Shown here: positions 19,090 through 28,622 of the stretch, piece after piece
Numbering within the stretch: the stretch's first letter is position 1
Layout of the letters: the number at the start of each line of letters is the position of its first letter
Origin: Bdellovibrionota bacterium
Lineage (GTDB): Bacteria; Bdellovibrionota_G; JALEGL01; DATDPG01
Direction of reading: 5' to 3'
Length of the DNA: 64,000 nucleotides
Assembly (NCBI GenBank): GCA_963668355.1
Contig: OY764265.1
Span: forward strand, 2,705,742 to 2,769,741
Program-made: the position numbers and the translations under genes
The notes under the pieces: generated by a model
Seen by the model: only the letters and a program-made list of their open reading frames with translations
Told to the model about the DNA's origin: nothing
The model's database searches: none

Positions 19090-19197
19090 TTAAGACATTC
19101 TCTGTTGGCGTTTTTGTTCCTTCTTTTTGAGCTTGGCGCGATGCTTAGCGGTTTTTTTGCTTTTCTTTTTTACTTTTTTTGTTTTTTTAATAGCCAT
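19090..19197 (-). CDS. candidate 35-aa lysine-rich basic protein (MAIKKTKKVKKKSKKTAKHRAKLKKKEQKRQQRMS)
   Basis: ATG-to-TAA ORF read directly from the sequence. It is below the ORF-track length cutoff, lies between truA and the MscS gene on the same strand, and is extremely basic. Confidence 0.3.
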   Translation of the reverse strand: MAIKKTKKVKKKSKKTAKHRAKLKKKEQKRQQRMS

Positions 19198-19269
19198 GGG
19201 CCTGATTCTACAGATGTCTTACCCCTGGACCAGCATATTTTTTTGCTTCAAGTCGCTTTCCGTTCCCAT

Positions 19270-20040
19270 CTAGTAGAGAACTTTCCAAAGAAAGAGGCCT
19301 TGGGGAGGCGCTGCCATACCGGCTTTTCTTCGATCTTTGGACTCCAAAATCGTTCGAATTTCTTCCGCCTTCCGCTTTCCCTGGCCCACCTCGACCAAGG
19401 TACCAACCATGTTTCGCACCATATGTTTTAAAAACCCCTCACCCCGAATTTCAAAGCAAAGGGTTTTCAAGGGACCGTTCTTCCATTCGACAGAAAGGAT
19501 TTTTCGGGTCGATGTTTTGGTCTGGGAATTGGTAGCACGAAAAGAGGTAAAGTCATGAGCGCCCACAAAAATCTCAGAAGCTTCTTTCATCCTGGGTAAA
19601 TCGAGGGCAAAAGGAAGCGTCCACGAGTAATTCCGCAGAAACACCAAGGGCTCATTTCCAATTTGAAAAAAATAACGATACGTTTTCTCCTTAGCATCCG
19701 CAGTAGCATGGAATGAGAGATCCACTTCTCGGGCTCTTAGAACACGTATTTCCGAAGGCAACAAAGTGTTGGTCCCTCGAACAAAGGCATGAACCGGTGT
19801 CGTAGATTCCGTGAGAGAAAAAGACGCGACCTGGTGATGTGCATGAACGCCTGCATCTGTGCGACTGGCTCCAACCAAAGAAATCCTTTCATTGGCCACC
19901 TTGGAAAGCGCCTTTTCCAACAAACCTTGGACCGACAGCCCTTTTGCTTGGCGTTGCCAACCCACGTAAGGGCCACCGTCATATTGCAAATCGATTCGAA
20001 TGGTCCGTGTGGATCCTTTTGGGGGTCCTTTTCGTTTCAC
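19270..20040 (-). CDS. truA: tRNA pseudouridine(38-40) synthase
   Basis: IRIDLQYDGGPYVGWQRQ and the catalytic Asp region (GASRTDAGVHA). Confidence 0.9.
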   Translation of the reverse strand: MKRKGPPKGSTRTIRIDLQYDGGPYVGWQRQAKGLSVQGLLEKALSKVANERISLVGASRTDAGVHAHHQVASFSLTESTTPVHAFVRGTNTLLPSEIRVLRAREVDLSFHATADAKEKTYRYFFQIGNEPLVFLRNYSWTLPFALDLPRMKEASEIFVGAHDFTSFRATNSQTKTSTRKILSVEWKNGPLKTLCFEIRGEGFLKHMVRNMVGTLVEVGQGKRKAEEIRTILESKDRRKAGMAAPPQGLFLWKVLY

Positions 20041-20049
20041 GTCTTCCCC

Positions 20050-22515
20050 TTAAAACTCGATCCCAAGTCCCGGAGAAAACATCCATCCTCCAAAATCCAA
20101 TCCGGAAGAAAATTGATGCATATATTGAGCAAGAGCTTCCAAAAAAAATGCCTTCACGCCCATGAGTTCTTCCATGTCTCCCCCAAAACCCAATTCATTC
20201 AAATGAAGACGCAACCCGGCTGCGCCCAATACACTATGTTTGATTCCGCTCTCAGACCGATTGGCCTGGCTGGCCTTGAACCACCCAAAATCGTATCCCG
20301 CCCTAAGCATAGGAGAAACCGGGCCCAGCCAAGAGATTGAAAGAGCGTATTGGGCGGACATGGTGATCGGAACTCGCGTTAACCTCATGGACTCGCCACT
20401 CGCGCGCCCCGAAGAAACACCCTGCATGGAGGATGTCTCGGTCATGACGCCACTCTCCACCCCAAGATCTAGCCCCTTCCACCCAAAACCAGCTCGTAGC
20501 AAAAAATGCTCATTTCCTTTTTTGCCATAGAACTCCTCAATGGCGGTCGAATGGGGAAGCCACCACCCAACCCGAAAGGCAATGGAAGAATGAAAAGAAT
20601 TGGAATTTCGGGGCTTCAGGATATGAGCCTCCTGAGCATAAAGAGAGGGGATGATCAGAAATGAAAAAAGGACAAACCCCATTCCGTAAAAACGCGCCCT
20701 TTTCAAAACCCAAAACCAAACAGAGCAAAGAAAAAGCCAAAAAGGCGAGACGCCTTCTCGACTTTGACACCCCCCGTGTTCCTCGACCACATCCAACAAA
20801 CCTTGCGTTTCTTCGGCCGTTTCGGACAAAACGGAAGTCGATTCGCTTACGTTCCCTCGCTCATCCACAGCAACCAAACGCACAAAAACTTCCGTCCCGT
20901 TCGGTATGGGAGAGAGGATTTCTTCCATTTCACCCGTGCCTGTATGAGTAACCTGTCGAGGAGAGGAAAGAGACCCAATCCCACCTTCGGCGTCGCTCGT
21001 GGAACCAAAATAAAGCAGGTAATGGTCCATGTCTGAAGCTTCAACTCCATCCCATCTCACATAAATTTTTTCATCCCCAAAAGCCAAACTGAAGTTGTCA
21101 GGGGTTGCGGGGACTGTATCCAAATACACTTCAATGCTTCCATGCCCAAGCAAGTCCCCGTTTTCGACAAAAAAACTGAGTGTGTTCCCCCCTTCCTCAA
21201 ACGTGTCGGTTGGGACTGTGATCGTTGTTTCAACATCTGCCGTAATCGATTGGGAGGTGAGAAGCGTTCCATTTGTCGGGGAAATCACCTCGTCTTCCTC
21301 TCCCAAATAACGATATACTTTCAATGAACCGCTCTTGGACGAGGAACAAACCACTTCAATTTCACCGTCACTGACGTATCCCTCAGGAGACGAAACAAAC
21401 GTAAGAAAAGGCTGGTCCGTCACGATGGAAATCTTTTGATCTGTTTCGTTCAAAGCGAAGAGATATCCGGAAGCGTCCGAGGTCGATATCAAACCTCGAA
21501 TGGGGACGTTTTCAATTCCTTCCAGGGTATCCAGGGCTTCTGTCACCCCCGAAGCTCCCACATCATCCCCATCAAAGATTGAGAGTGTATCGTCTCCCGA
21601 ATTGGACACATAAAGATAAATATCGCTTTCATCTTCATCATCCAAAGACCTTTGGACGGGGATCAATAAAAGACTTCTGGGCGTGTCTCCAACAAGAAGC
21701 GGATCCAGATTCGCTGTGTTCGGGTTGGAATCGTATAGGGCTAGGGAAAAGGTGTTGTCGGTCATATCCACCAAAAAGACTTCTCCCTCTTCCAGGGAAT
21801 TGACGACGAATCCAAATGTCCCCGTGTTCAAATCTCCCATATGGAGCGCTGAAAAGGATTCGGTGTCCGTATAGGCCCCCATATCCAGATCCCCGCCGAC
21901 TTGAGAAAGAGAACTGAGGAGATAGGTCACAAATTGACCTTCCTCACTCAACAGAGCCACACGCAAATGGTCCGGAGTCAATCCCATTCCCACCGGAACA
22001 AAGTCCAGCTGGACGTACGCCTCTCCTCCGTCTCCCTGCAACTCTTCGGTTTCGATGTCATAGACATAAAGACGCTCCTGTCCCTCATCCACCAAAAGGA
22101 GTTGATCTCCCCCGCTTAGACGAGCCAATTCCATATGCTCGAACGTAACCGCGCTTGTGCCGATGGAAATCGTTTCGGCTTCAACGGGATCGGAAAACGC
22201 ATCTTCAAGATCAAAAACATAAACCACATCGGCATTGCTGGTCAGGACATAAAGACTTAGTCCATCATCGCTGATCTCAATCCCTCGGGGGGTTCCGATG
22301 GTGGAAAATGTAGAAATTTCTGAAAAGGTAAGCAAATCAACAATCGAAACTTGGGCGCTCGTAGCGTCCATCAAGTACAAAAATCTCTCGCTTGCACTGA
22401 ATACGCCTTGACTGGGGGAAATCGAAAGGTTGATTTCTCCAACTTTCTCGTCCGGAAAAGCCCAGGAACAGAGGGGCATCCATAAGATCGCCAGAAATAT
22501 TCCGAATCTTTTCAT
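20050..22515 (-). CDS. surface/outer-membrane protein: signal peptide, YVTN-type beta-propeller repeats, Fn3 domain, hydrophobic sorting-signal-like segment, C-terminal beta-barrel-like domain ending in Phe
   Basis: Start chosen at MKRFGIFLAILWMPLCSWAF (the longest ORF runs to 22644). Repeats of the LYVLTSNADVVYVFD type, a classic Fn3 (PATPDNFSLAFGDEKIYVRWDG...), then HGGCQS+TM+KRAR, then a signal-like MGFVLFSFLIIPSLYAQEA and a ~200-aa Gly/aromatic-rich domain ending GLGIEF. Confidence 0.6.
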   Translation of the reverse strand: MKRFGIFLAILWMPLCSWAFPDEKVGEINLSISPSQGVFSASERFLYLMDATSAQVSIVDLLTFSEISTFSTIGTPRGIEISDDGLSLYVLTSNADVVYVFDLEDAFSDPVEAETISIGTSAVTFEHMELARLSGGDQLLLVDEGQERLYVYDIETEELQGDGGEAYVQLDFVPVGMGLTPDHLRVALLSEEGQFVTYLLSSLSQVGGDLDMGAYTDTESFSALHMGDLNTGTFGFVVNSLEEGEVFLVDMTDNTFSLALYDSNPNTANLDPLLVGDTPRSLLLIPVQRSLDDEDESDIYLYVSNSGDDTLSIFDGDDVGASGVTEALDTLEGIENVPIRGLISTSDASGYLFALNETDQKISIVTDQPFLTFVSSPEGYVSDGEIEVVCSSSKSGSLKVYRYLGEEDEVISPTNGTLLTSQSITADVETTITVPTDTFEEGGNTLSFFVENGDLLGHGSIEVYLDTVPATPDNFSLAFGDEKIYVRWDGVEASDMDHYLLYFGSTSDAEGGIGSLSSPRQVTHTGTGEMEEILSPIPNGTEVFVRLVAVDERGNVSESTSVLSETAEETQGLLDVVEEHGGCQSREGVSPFWLFLCSVWFWVLKRARFYGMGFVLFSFLIIPSLYAQEAHILKPRNSNSFHSSIAFRVGWWLPHSTAIEEFYGKKGNEHFLLRAGFGWKGLDLGVESGVMTETSSMQGVSSGRASGESMRLTRVPITMSAQYALSISWLGPVSPMLRAGYDFGWFKASQANRSESGIKHSVLGAAGLRLHLNELGFGGDMEELMGVKAFFLEALAQYMHQFSSGLDFGGWMFSPGLGIEF

Positions 22516-22561
22516 GCGTTCGAGCCCGATCATAACACAGCCCCCCTCCAGTTTTGCTATA

Positions 22562-23059
22562 ATGATGTTCATGAAGTCGATACACGTGTTTTCTTGTCTC
22601 TCTCTATTTTTGCTGTCTCTGACCGGTTGTGCCCAACAGATCATCTATGCCACGGCCACGGCGGAAATTTCCGAGCCTTCCGTCTATGCCCAATTAAATT
22701 TCACCACATTCACACAACCAGCCGCCTCAGGAGGAAGTGGCGATAGCAACCTTCGCATGAGATTTGGGAACGATGGAGGAGATCAACTGGACCTTGTTTT
22801 AGAGCCCGTCAATGGAGGTTTTCCAACTACCACGTATTACATCACGTCTTCTGGCCCTAGCCTTTCCTTTACCGCCTATTCAAACGGACAACCCGTCCCA
22901 CTGAATCTCACCATCGACGAAGGGTTCATCAATTTGAACGTCATCTCGATTGTGGAAGGAATTGTGACCCGAGCCGAAGGCGAATTCCATCTGAATTTTG
23001 CCGACCCAAACAACGGATCTATTGTAGGGACATTTGTATACGCCACTCCGGCCGCTTAA
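22562..23059 (+). CDS. hypothetical lipoprotein
   Basis: Lipobox LSLTGC after a hydrophobic leader. Alternative start at 22571 (MKSIHVF...). Divergent from the 864-aa protein gene. Confidence 0.5.
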   Translation: MMFMKSIHVFSCLSLFLLSLTGCAQQIIYATATAEISEPSVYAQLNFTTFTQPAASGGSGDSNLRMRFGNDGGDQLDLVLEPVNGGFPTTTYYITSSGPSLSFTAYSNGQPVPLNLTIDEGFINLNVISIVEGIVTRAEGEFHLNFADPNNGSIVGTFVYATPAA

Positions 23060-24102
23060 GAGCCCTTTGGAGACAGAACCGTTGGGGCCAGTCGTTCCAT
23101 GATTTGAATCCCATTGAGGGCAGCACCTTTCCTAAGATTGTCGCCCACAACCCAGAGATTGAAACAATGGCTTCGGGAACCGTCCTCACGAATTCGCCCA
23201 ACATAGACATCGTCCTTTCCCACGACATCAATCAAGTCGGGATAGGATTCCGTATTCGGATTATCCAATAGCGCGACCCCTTCACTTTCGCCAATCCAGG
23301 TTCGAACCTGATCCAAAGAAGTTTCTTTTTTCAGTTCGACATTGATGGAAGCCGCATGTCCATGAAACGTAGGGACGCGAACGGCTGTGGCCGTTACTCC
23401 CAAGGAATCGTCAGCAAAGATTTTTTTCATTTCTTCACAAATTTTTTCCTCTTCTCCGGAATCTCCTTTGGAATTCAAAACGCCAATAAGGGGAAGTAAA
23501 TTGAAAGCAATTCTTTTGGAAAAAACTTCCGTTTTAATCTCACGGCACCCAAACAGATCCATGACCTGACTGGAAAGCTCATCCATGGCCTTGCGGCCTG
23601 CACCGGATGTCGATTGATAGGTTGAAACCACCACGCGAGAGATGCCCACATTTTTTTGAAGAGACGCCAAAGCCATCACGATTTGAATGGCGGCACAATT
23701 TGGATTCGCGATAACTCCCCTGGGAGGCAATTCTCCCAACAGATATCCATTCACTTCAGGAATCACCAACGGAACATCTTTTTCCATTCGGAAAGAGGAC
23801 GTATTATCCACTACCCAAGCCCCGGCCTTCACGGCGATTGGAACCCACTCGCGACTGACCGTGGAACCTGCAGTAAAAAAAGCAAAGTCTGCCCCTTGAA
23901 AAACTTCCGGAGTAAGTGGATCAACAGGAAGCATTTTCTTTCCGAATTCCACCGTTTGGTCTTTGGAGCGGCTTGAAGCCACCGCACGAAGTTCTCCAAT
24001 CGGAAAACCTCTCTCAAAAAGAATGTTCAGAGCCTCTTTACCGACCGCGCCGGTGGCCCCCACAACGACAACGGTAAATCCATCTTTTGCTTTTTCTGCC
24101 AT
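23056..24102 (-). CDS. asd: aspartate-semialdehyde dehydrogenase
   Basis: VVVVGATGAVG Rossmann motif and catalytic Cys region (NPNCAAI). Confidence 0.9.
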   Translation of the reverse strand: MAEKAKDGFTVVVVGATGAVGKEALNILFERGFPIGELRAVASSRSKDQTVEFGKKMLPVDPLTPEVFQGADFAFFTAGSTVSREWVPIAVKAGAWVVDNTSSFRMEKDVPLVIPEVNGYLLGELPPRGVIANPNCAAIQIVMALASLQKNVGISRVVVSTYQSTSGAGRKAMDELSSQVMDLFGCREIKTEVFSKRIAFNLLPLIGVLNSKGDSGEEEKICEEMKKIFADDSLGVTATAVRVPTFHGHAASINVELKKETSLDQVRTWIGESEGVALLDNPNTESYPDLIDVVGKDDVYVGRIREDGSRSHCFNLWVVGDNLRKGAALNGIQIMERLAPTVLSPKGS

Positions 24103-24141
24103 AGGGGGCAGACCATAGCGAAAAGCAGGATTCAGGACAAA

Positions 24142-25065
24142 TCATTGAGATTCAATTTTTCGAAGGACCGAAAAAGCCAACTCGCCCACCAGGCTTAAAC
24201 TTTTCACAGACACCTTATCCATCGTATCTTCTGGCGTATGCCAGTAGGTGCCTGGAGAATCTTCTCCACCAAACGTAAAATCCATCAAATGCAAGGTAGG
24301 CACCCCCGCTTCGATCAAAGGGCGATGATCATCATCCACCCATTTGGGAACCGTATCCAGGACCTCCGTCGCCCCCAACTCCTGTGCAGCCGCCTGGAGG
24401 AAGCCCCTCAAGCGTTCATCACTTCGAGGCTCATGGATCAGTTTTAAATCGCGATCTCCAATCATGTCCAACACCAAGGCTGCCCGGACGGGCTTTCCGG
24501 AACCCAATTGACTGGCTAAATGCCGACTCCCATAAAGGCTGTCGGCCTCGGTCCAGGTTTCAAAAGACTCCTCCCCGTCCACAAACACGATTTCAACATC
24601 ATCCGCGAATCCTTGTTCCCGAATTCGTGGCGTCAGAGCCATCAAAAGAGCCACAGCCGAAGCCGAGTCATTGGCCCCAACAAAATCGAAACCCAAAAAC
24701 CGTTTGCTCTCATAATGAGCTAGGAGCAGAATTCGATTTTCCCGGTTTCTCCCAGGAATCACATAGGAAAGATTGACCATTTCAATTTCGCCGATGGGGG
24801 TGGAGGCCAAAAACGTGTCTCGTGAAACCGGTAACCCCTCGTCTGAGATTTTTTCCGAAATCCAAGCACGTACCCGTTCGAGAGTCGCGGATCCCGATGG
24901 CCGGGGACCAAAAGAAACCATTTCGTACGTAAGATCATGAGCCACCTGGCCGGTGGACGTGTTTAAATCCCTGGAGCTAGAGCAGCGGGACCCCGTGCAT
25001 GAAACCACGACCAAGGCCAAAAAAACGAATCGAACCCAACCCGAACCATGAAGCATGTATTTCAT
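24142..25065 (-). CDS. M28 family zinc peptidase (secreted)
   Basis: Signal peptide. M28 metal-binding His/Asp/Glu pattern (LLLAHYESK, DGEE, H). Confidence 0.7.
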   Translation of the reverse strand: MKYMLHGSGWVRFVFLALVVVSCTGSRCSSSRDLNTSTGQVAHDLTYEMVSFGPRPSGSATLERVRAWISEKISDEGLPVSRDTFLASTPIGEIEMVNLSYVIPGRNRENRILLLAHYESKRFLGFDFVGANDSASAVALLMALTPRIREQGFADDVEIVFVDGEESFETWTEADSLYGSRHLASQLGSGKPVRAALVLDMIGDRDLKLIHEPRSDERLRGFLQAAAQELGATEVLDTVPKWVDDDHRPLIEAGVPTLHLMDFTFGGEDSPGTYWHTPEDTMDKVSVKSLSLVGELAFSVLRKIESQ

Positions 25066-25880
25066 CGAATTTCGTGAACATTACTTTCACTGGAAATGCG
25101 GTCAATTTTTTCCAGAGATTTTTTGACCCGCCGTTTTTTCCGGACTTTTTTATACGCTCGAACTGGATGGGGAATCACATATTGTTCGATGGGGCCGGAC
25201 AAAAGATAAATACATCCAATGAGATACAAGACCCACCAAGGCCGAGTCGCCCAAATCGTCAACCCAAACATAAAAAGGACCAAATACGAAAATGAATGGC
25301 GACGCGTGAGGTTTAAACTTTTAAAGCTCCGGTAACGAATATTGCTGACCATCAATAAAGCCAACAGGTAGGTCAACAACAGAAAATGGGGTTTGTGCGT
25401 AGCCGTTTCACCATCCCAAATCAAAACCGATCCCACCATCATGAGAGCCGCCATGGGAATGGGAAGTCCTTGGAAAAACCGGCTTTCAACGTTTTTTGCT
25501 TGGACATTGAACCGGGCCAATCGAAGGGCCCCACAGGCCAAATAGAGGAAACAAGCCAGCCACCCGATCCGGTCAAACTCCCGAAGAGCCCAAGCATAAA
25601 GAATAAATGCCGGGGCCACCCCAAACGAGACCAAGTCAGAAAGAGAGTCAAACTCCATTCCAAACCGAGACTCCGTTTTCGTTCGCCGAGCTACGCGACC
25701 ATCCATCCCATCAAAAATCGCAGCCAAGATAATGGCGAAGGCGCATCGACCGAAGTCTGTGCCCCCCCTCATCACAATCATGAATGCATGAATGATAGCG
25801 TAAAAGCCGCAAAAAAGGCTCGCCGCCGTAAACAAATTCGGAAGAATATATACCCCACGTCGAATCTCACTCATGCCCAT
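25062..25880 (-). CDS. pssA: CDP-diacylglycerol--serine O-phosphatidyltransferase
   Basis: CDP-alcohol phosphatidyltransferase motif DGMDGRVAR...G...D...SD. Multiple TM segments. Confidence 0.85.
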   Translation of the reverse strand: MGMSEIRRGVYILPNLFTAASLFCGFYAIIHAFMIVMRGGTDFGRCAFAIILAAIFDGMDGRVARRTKTESRFGMEFDSLSDLVSFGVAPAFILYAWALREFDRIGWLACFLYLACGALRLARFNVQAKNVESRFFQGLPIPMAALMMVGSVLIWDGETATHKPHFLLLTYLLALLMVSNIRYRSFKSLNLTRRHSFSYLVLFMFGLTIWATRPWWVLYLIGCIYLLSGPIEQYVIPHPVRAYKKVRKKRRVKKSLEKIDRISSESNVHEIR

Positions 25881-26572
25881 CTCCCTAACACAGAAGAACC
25901 CGCTCTAACCGTTTCTCCAAGCTTTGTCACGATCTCCGTTCCTTTGGGCAAGTAAAGGTCCACCCGAGACCCAAACCGAATCAGACCAAAACGTTTTCCC
26001 CTTGGAATGGATTCATTCAGAGACAAGCGATTGATGATTCGTCGAGCCACCAATCCCGCAATTTGAACCCATACGACATCTTTCCCCGATGGCGTTTTCA
26101 ACCAAACAGTAGACTGCTCATTCAAGAGAGAAGCCTTTTCAGCGTAGGCCGCAAAATATTTTCCAGGATTGTAATGGATGCCGCGAACGACCCCCGCACA
26201 CGGAATGCGGTTCACATGCACATTGAATACCGACATGAAGATGGAAACGCGAACCGCCGGACCGTCCACCAATCGGGGATAGTCCATTTCTTGAATGCCA
26301 ATGACTTTTCCATCCGCTGGGGACAAAATGGCTTTCGGATCTTCTGGACCGTGTCTTTCCGGATCTCGAAAGAAGCTCACCACCCAGATCGTCAATCCCG
26401 CAAAAAGGGCTCCCCACATCCAGTGGGTCCAGACCAAGAGGCCCAGATTGATCAAAAGGGCGAGAACGATGAACGGATAGCCATCCAGACAAACCCCCAA
26501 AAATCGACGAACATGAGGTTTGCGAGGCGAGGTTTCGGTTTCTGTGTCGTTCGCTATGGCATTTTCAGGCAA
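25871..26572 (-). CDS. psd: phosphatidylserine decarboxylase (short type)
   Basis: 233 aa. C-terminal G-S motif region (GKRFGLIRFGSRVDLYLP). Overlaps pssA by 10 nt. Confidence 0.8.
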   Translation of the reverse strand: MPENAIANDTETETSPRKPHVRRFLGVCLDGYPFIVLALLINLGLLVWTHWMWGALFAGLTIWVVSFFRDPERHGPEDPKAILSPADGKVIGIQEMDYPRLVDGPAVRVSIFMSVFNVHVNRIPCAGVVRGIHYNPGKYFAAYAEKASLLNEQSTVWLKTPSGKDVVWVQIAGLVARRIINRLSLNESIPRGKRFGLIRFGSRVDLYLPKGTEIVTKLGETVRAGSSVLGRWA

Positions 26573-26813
26573 ATGCGACTCCGACCCCGGAATCCTGTGC
26601 CCTTCGAAGAATTTCTTCCATTCGATCTTTCTGCTGGAGCTTCCGTTTCTGAATGTTTTTTCGCTTCATCTCGTCTTCAGGAGTTAATTTCACACGCCCA
26701 TTGAACCCCGCCAATTGTTCTTCTAGCACTTGGTGTTCTTGATGCAACTTCTTGAATTCGTGGTCATTTTCCAAAAGTGTCGCGACAAGAAGGGTTCGTT
26801 GGGATTGTGTCAT
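26565..26813 (-). CDS. DUF465 (YdcH-like) small protein
   Basis: 82-aa coiled-coil with HEFKKLHQEHQVLEEQL characteristic of DUF465. Confidence 0.55.
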   Translation of the reverse strand: MTQSQRTLLVATLLENDHEFKKLHQEHQVLEEQLAGFNGRVKLTPEDEMKRKNIQKRKLQQKDRMEEILRRAQDSGVGVAFA

Positions 26814-27052
26814 AGATTACCTCCTGAAAAGTGGAAAAAAATCACGTTATTTGAATGATTATAGCATTCCAATAACCCGATTCTACCCCTAATCTCACAC
26901 GATCCACCTTCGAAAACGGCAGGGGCCGATCCATGCCCCACGTGCCCAAATTTCGCCGAACCGTCAATTTTTTTCTGTTTATTTTCAATAACTTAAGCTC
27001 GTCCCCCCTGGTACGTGACTTGCTATTTATAGAGACTGGAGAACCGATAGGC

Positions 27053-28141
27053 ATGAAGGTGATTTGTCAAAAATGCAAACATGAATTCGATGTCCCCACT
27101 GCGTCCGTCGGAAAAGTCGAATTTTCGCAATGCCGAAATCTGTTCCGCGTGACCTACAAACTTCGAATCCCTTGCGAAAACTGCAAATCGCTCCTTCAAC
27201 TTTCTCCCGGCGAGCCTGATCAGGCCATTGGAACACCCATTCCCTTCGATTTTGACGAAGTCACCGAGCAAAGTTTGGTCTCGGAAATCGACCCCTTGGA
27301 AAAAACGCTTCCCAGAACAGAACTTCCAAAAACCAACGCAGACCCCCTACCCACCGTCCGATTGAGTCGGACCGTCAAAAAGCAGATTGAACCCCAAAGC
27401 CGAGCTTTTCGAATCATCGAGGGAACCATACGGCGCCCCAGTCCCGTCCACGTCGCGCTTCGCCAAAACAAAAAAGTGGAATTGCCCTATCTCAAAATTC
27501 TCATCGCCGGAGTCATTTTTCTGGGTGCCACCACGACCTTGGCCCTTACGCTCTTGGCGATGCGGCAGAAACCGAGACCAACGCCCGCTTCCTTGAATTC
27601 TTCCCCAGCACACGTCGAAAAAGCCGCCGTTCAAAAAGACGTTCCGCTGTCCGAAAAATATTCCGTGAAAGAGGGAGCGGTCGGCGGTCCCTATGAGCCG
27701 GTGGAAGCGAAAACCGCCAGCGTGCATACCCCGACATTCTATGTTCCCCACATCGATGACCTTTCCTCCAAATTCGGCGTTCGCAAAGATCCCATTTTCG
27801 GACATGAAGCTTTTCACGGAGGAATCGACCTCGCCGTTCACAGCCGAGCCGAAATCCCTGCAGCATCCGACGGCGAAATTGTTTATTCCGGCTGGAAAGG
27901 CGGTTACGGAAACACCGTGATCATTCGACACAAGAATGGTTATGAAACCATCTATGGACATATGACACAAAGGCTTGTGTTAAAAGGGGCTCACGTTCGT
28001 CAGGGAGATCCCATCGGATTGGTGGGTTCCACAGGGCGTTCTACCGGAAATCACATTCACTTTGAGGTTCGCAAGGATGGGCAGCGCGTAGATCCCCTTC
28101 GCCTCGATCTATCCAAGACCCTTCCGAAAAAAACCGGATAA
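27053..28141 (+). CDS. M23 family metallopeptidase with N-terminal zinc-ribbon domain
   Basis: Start MKVICQKCKHEF (CxxC...CxxC ribbon), a TM helix, and a C-terminal M23 domain (HGGIDLA...GSTGRSTGNHIHFEV). Confidence 0.8.
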   Translation: MKVICQKCKHEFDVPTASVGKVEFSQCRNLFRVTYKLRIPCENCKSLLQLSPGEPDQAIGTPIPFDFDEVTEQSLVSEIDPLEKTLPRTELPKTNADPLPTVRLSRTVKKQIEPQSRAFRIIEGTIRRPSPVHVALRQNKKVELPYLKILIAGVIFLGATTTLALTLLAMRQKPRPTPASLNSSPAHVEKAAVQKDVPLSEKYSVKEGAVGGPYEPVEAKTASVHTPTFYVPHIDDLSSKFGVRKDPIFGHEAFHGGIDLAVHSRAEIPAASDGEIVYSGWKGGYGNTVIIRHKNGYETIYGHMTQRLVLKGAHVRQGDPIGLVGSTGRSTGNHIHFEVRKDGQRVDPLRLDLSKTLPKKTG

Positions 28142-28149
28142 AGACGACC

Positions 28150-28584
28150 TTATTTTCTCTTCTTCTTGCACGTTTTGCAGAGACCGTAGAGTTCCATTTT
28201 ATGGAAGGATAATTCGAAACCATGCGTTTTGGCTTCTTTGTTCTGAAGTTTTTCGATGCCTGAATTGAAGAACTCGATGACTTTTCCACAGGAAGTGCAA
28301 ACCAAGTGGTCATGATGCTCAATGCGGCTTCTTTCATAAGCCACTTCCCCCATGCCAAAGTCACGCCGCTGCGCGAGCCCACTTTCTTTTAATAAACTTA
28401 ACGTTCGATAAACCGTGGCAATTCCAATTCGAGAATCAATCTTTTGAACTTTTCGAAAAAAATCATCCACGCTGATGTGGCCCGAAATCTGAAAAAACTC
28501 TCTGGCCACCAATTCTCTTTGCCTGGAATAGCGGTATCCGTTGTCGGAAAGAAAATCTTTAAAATTCCGCATCCAGCTATTCAT
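28150..28584 (-). CDS. Fur family transcriptional regulator
   Basis: HTH plus metal site (HHDHLVC..CG...CxxC). Confidence 0.8.
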   Translation of the reverse strand: MNSWMRNFKDFLSDNGYRYSRQRELVAREFFQISGHISVDDFFRKVQKIDSRIGIATVYRTLSLLKESGLAQRRDFGMGEVAYERSRIEHHDHLVCTSCGKVIEFFNSGIEKLQNKEAKTHGFELSFHKMELYGLCKTCKKKRK

Positions 28585-28622
28585 GGGAAAATAGAATTAC
28601 CAAAGATTCTTGGTGGAGTAAA

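Noticed and set aside
22516-22644. Upstream extension of the 864-aa protein ORF (MICWAQ...)
   Set aside because: It would overlap the divergent lipoprotein gene, and a canonical signal peptide begins at the internal MKRFGIF (22515).
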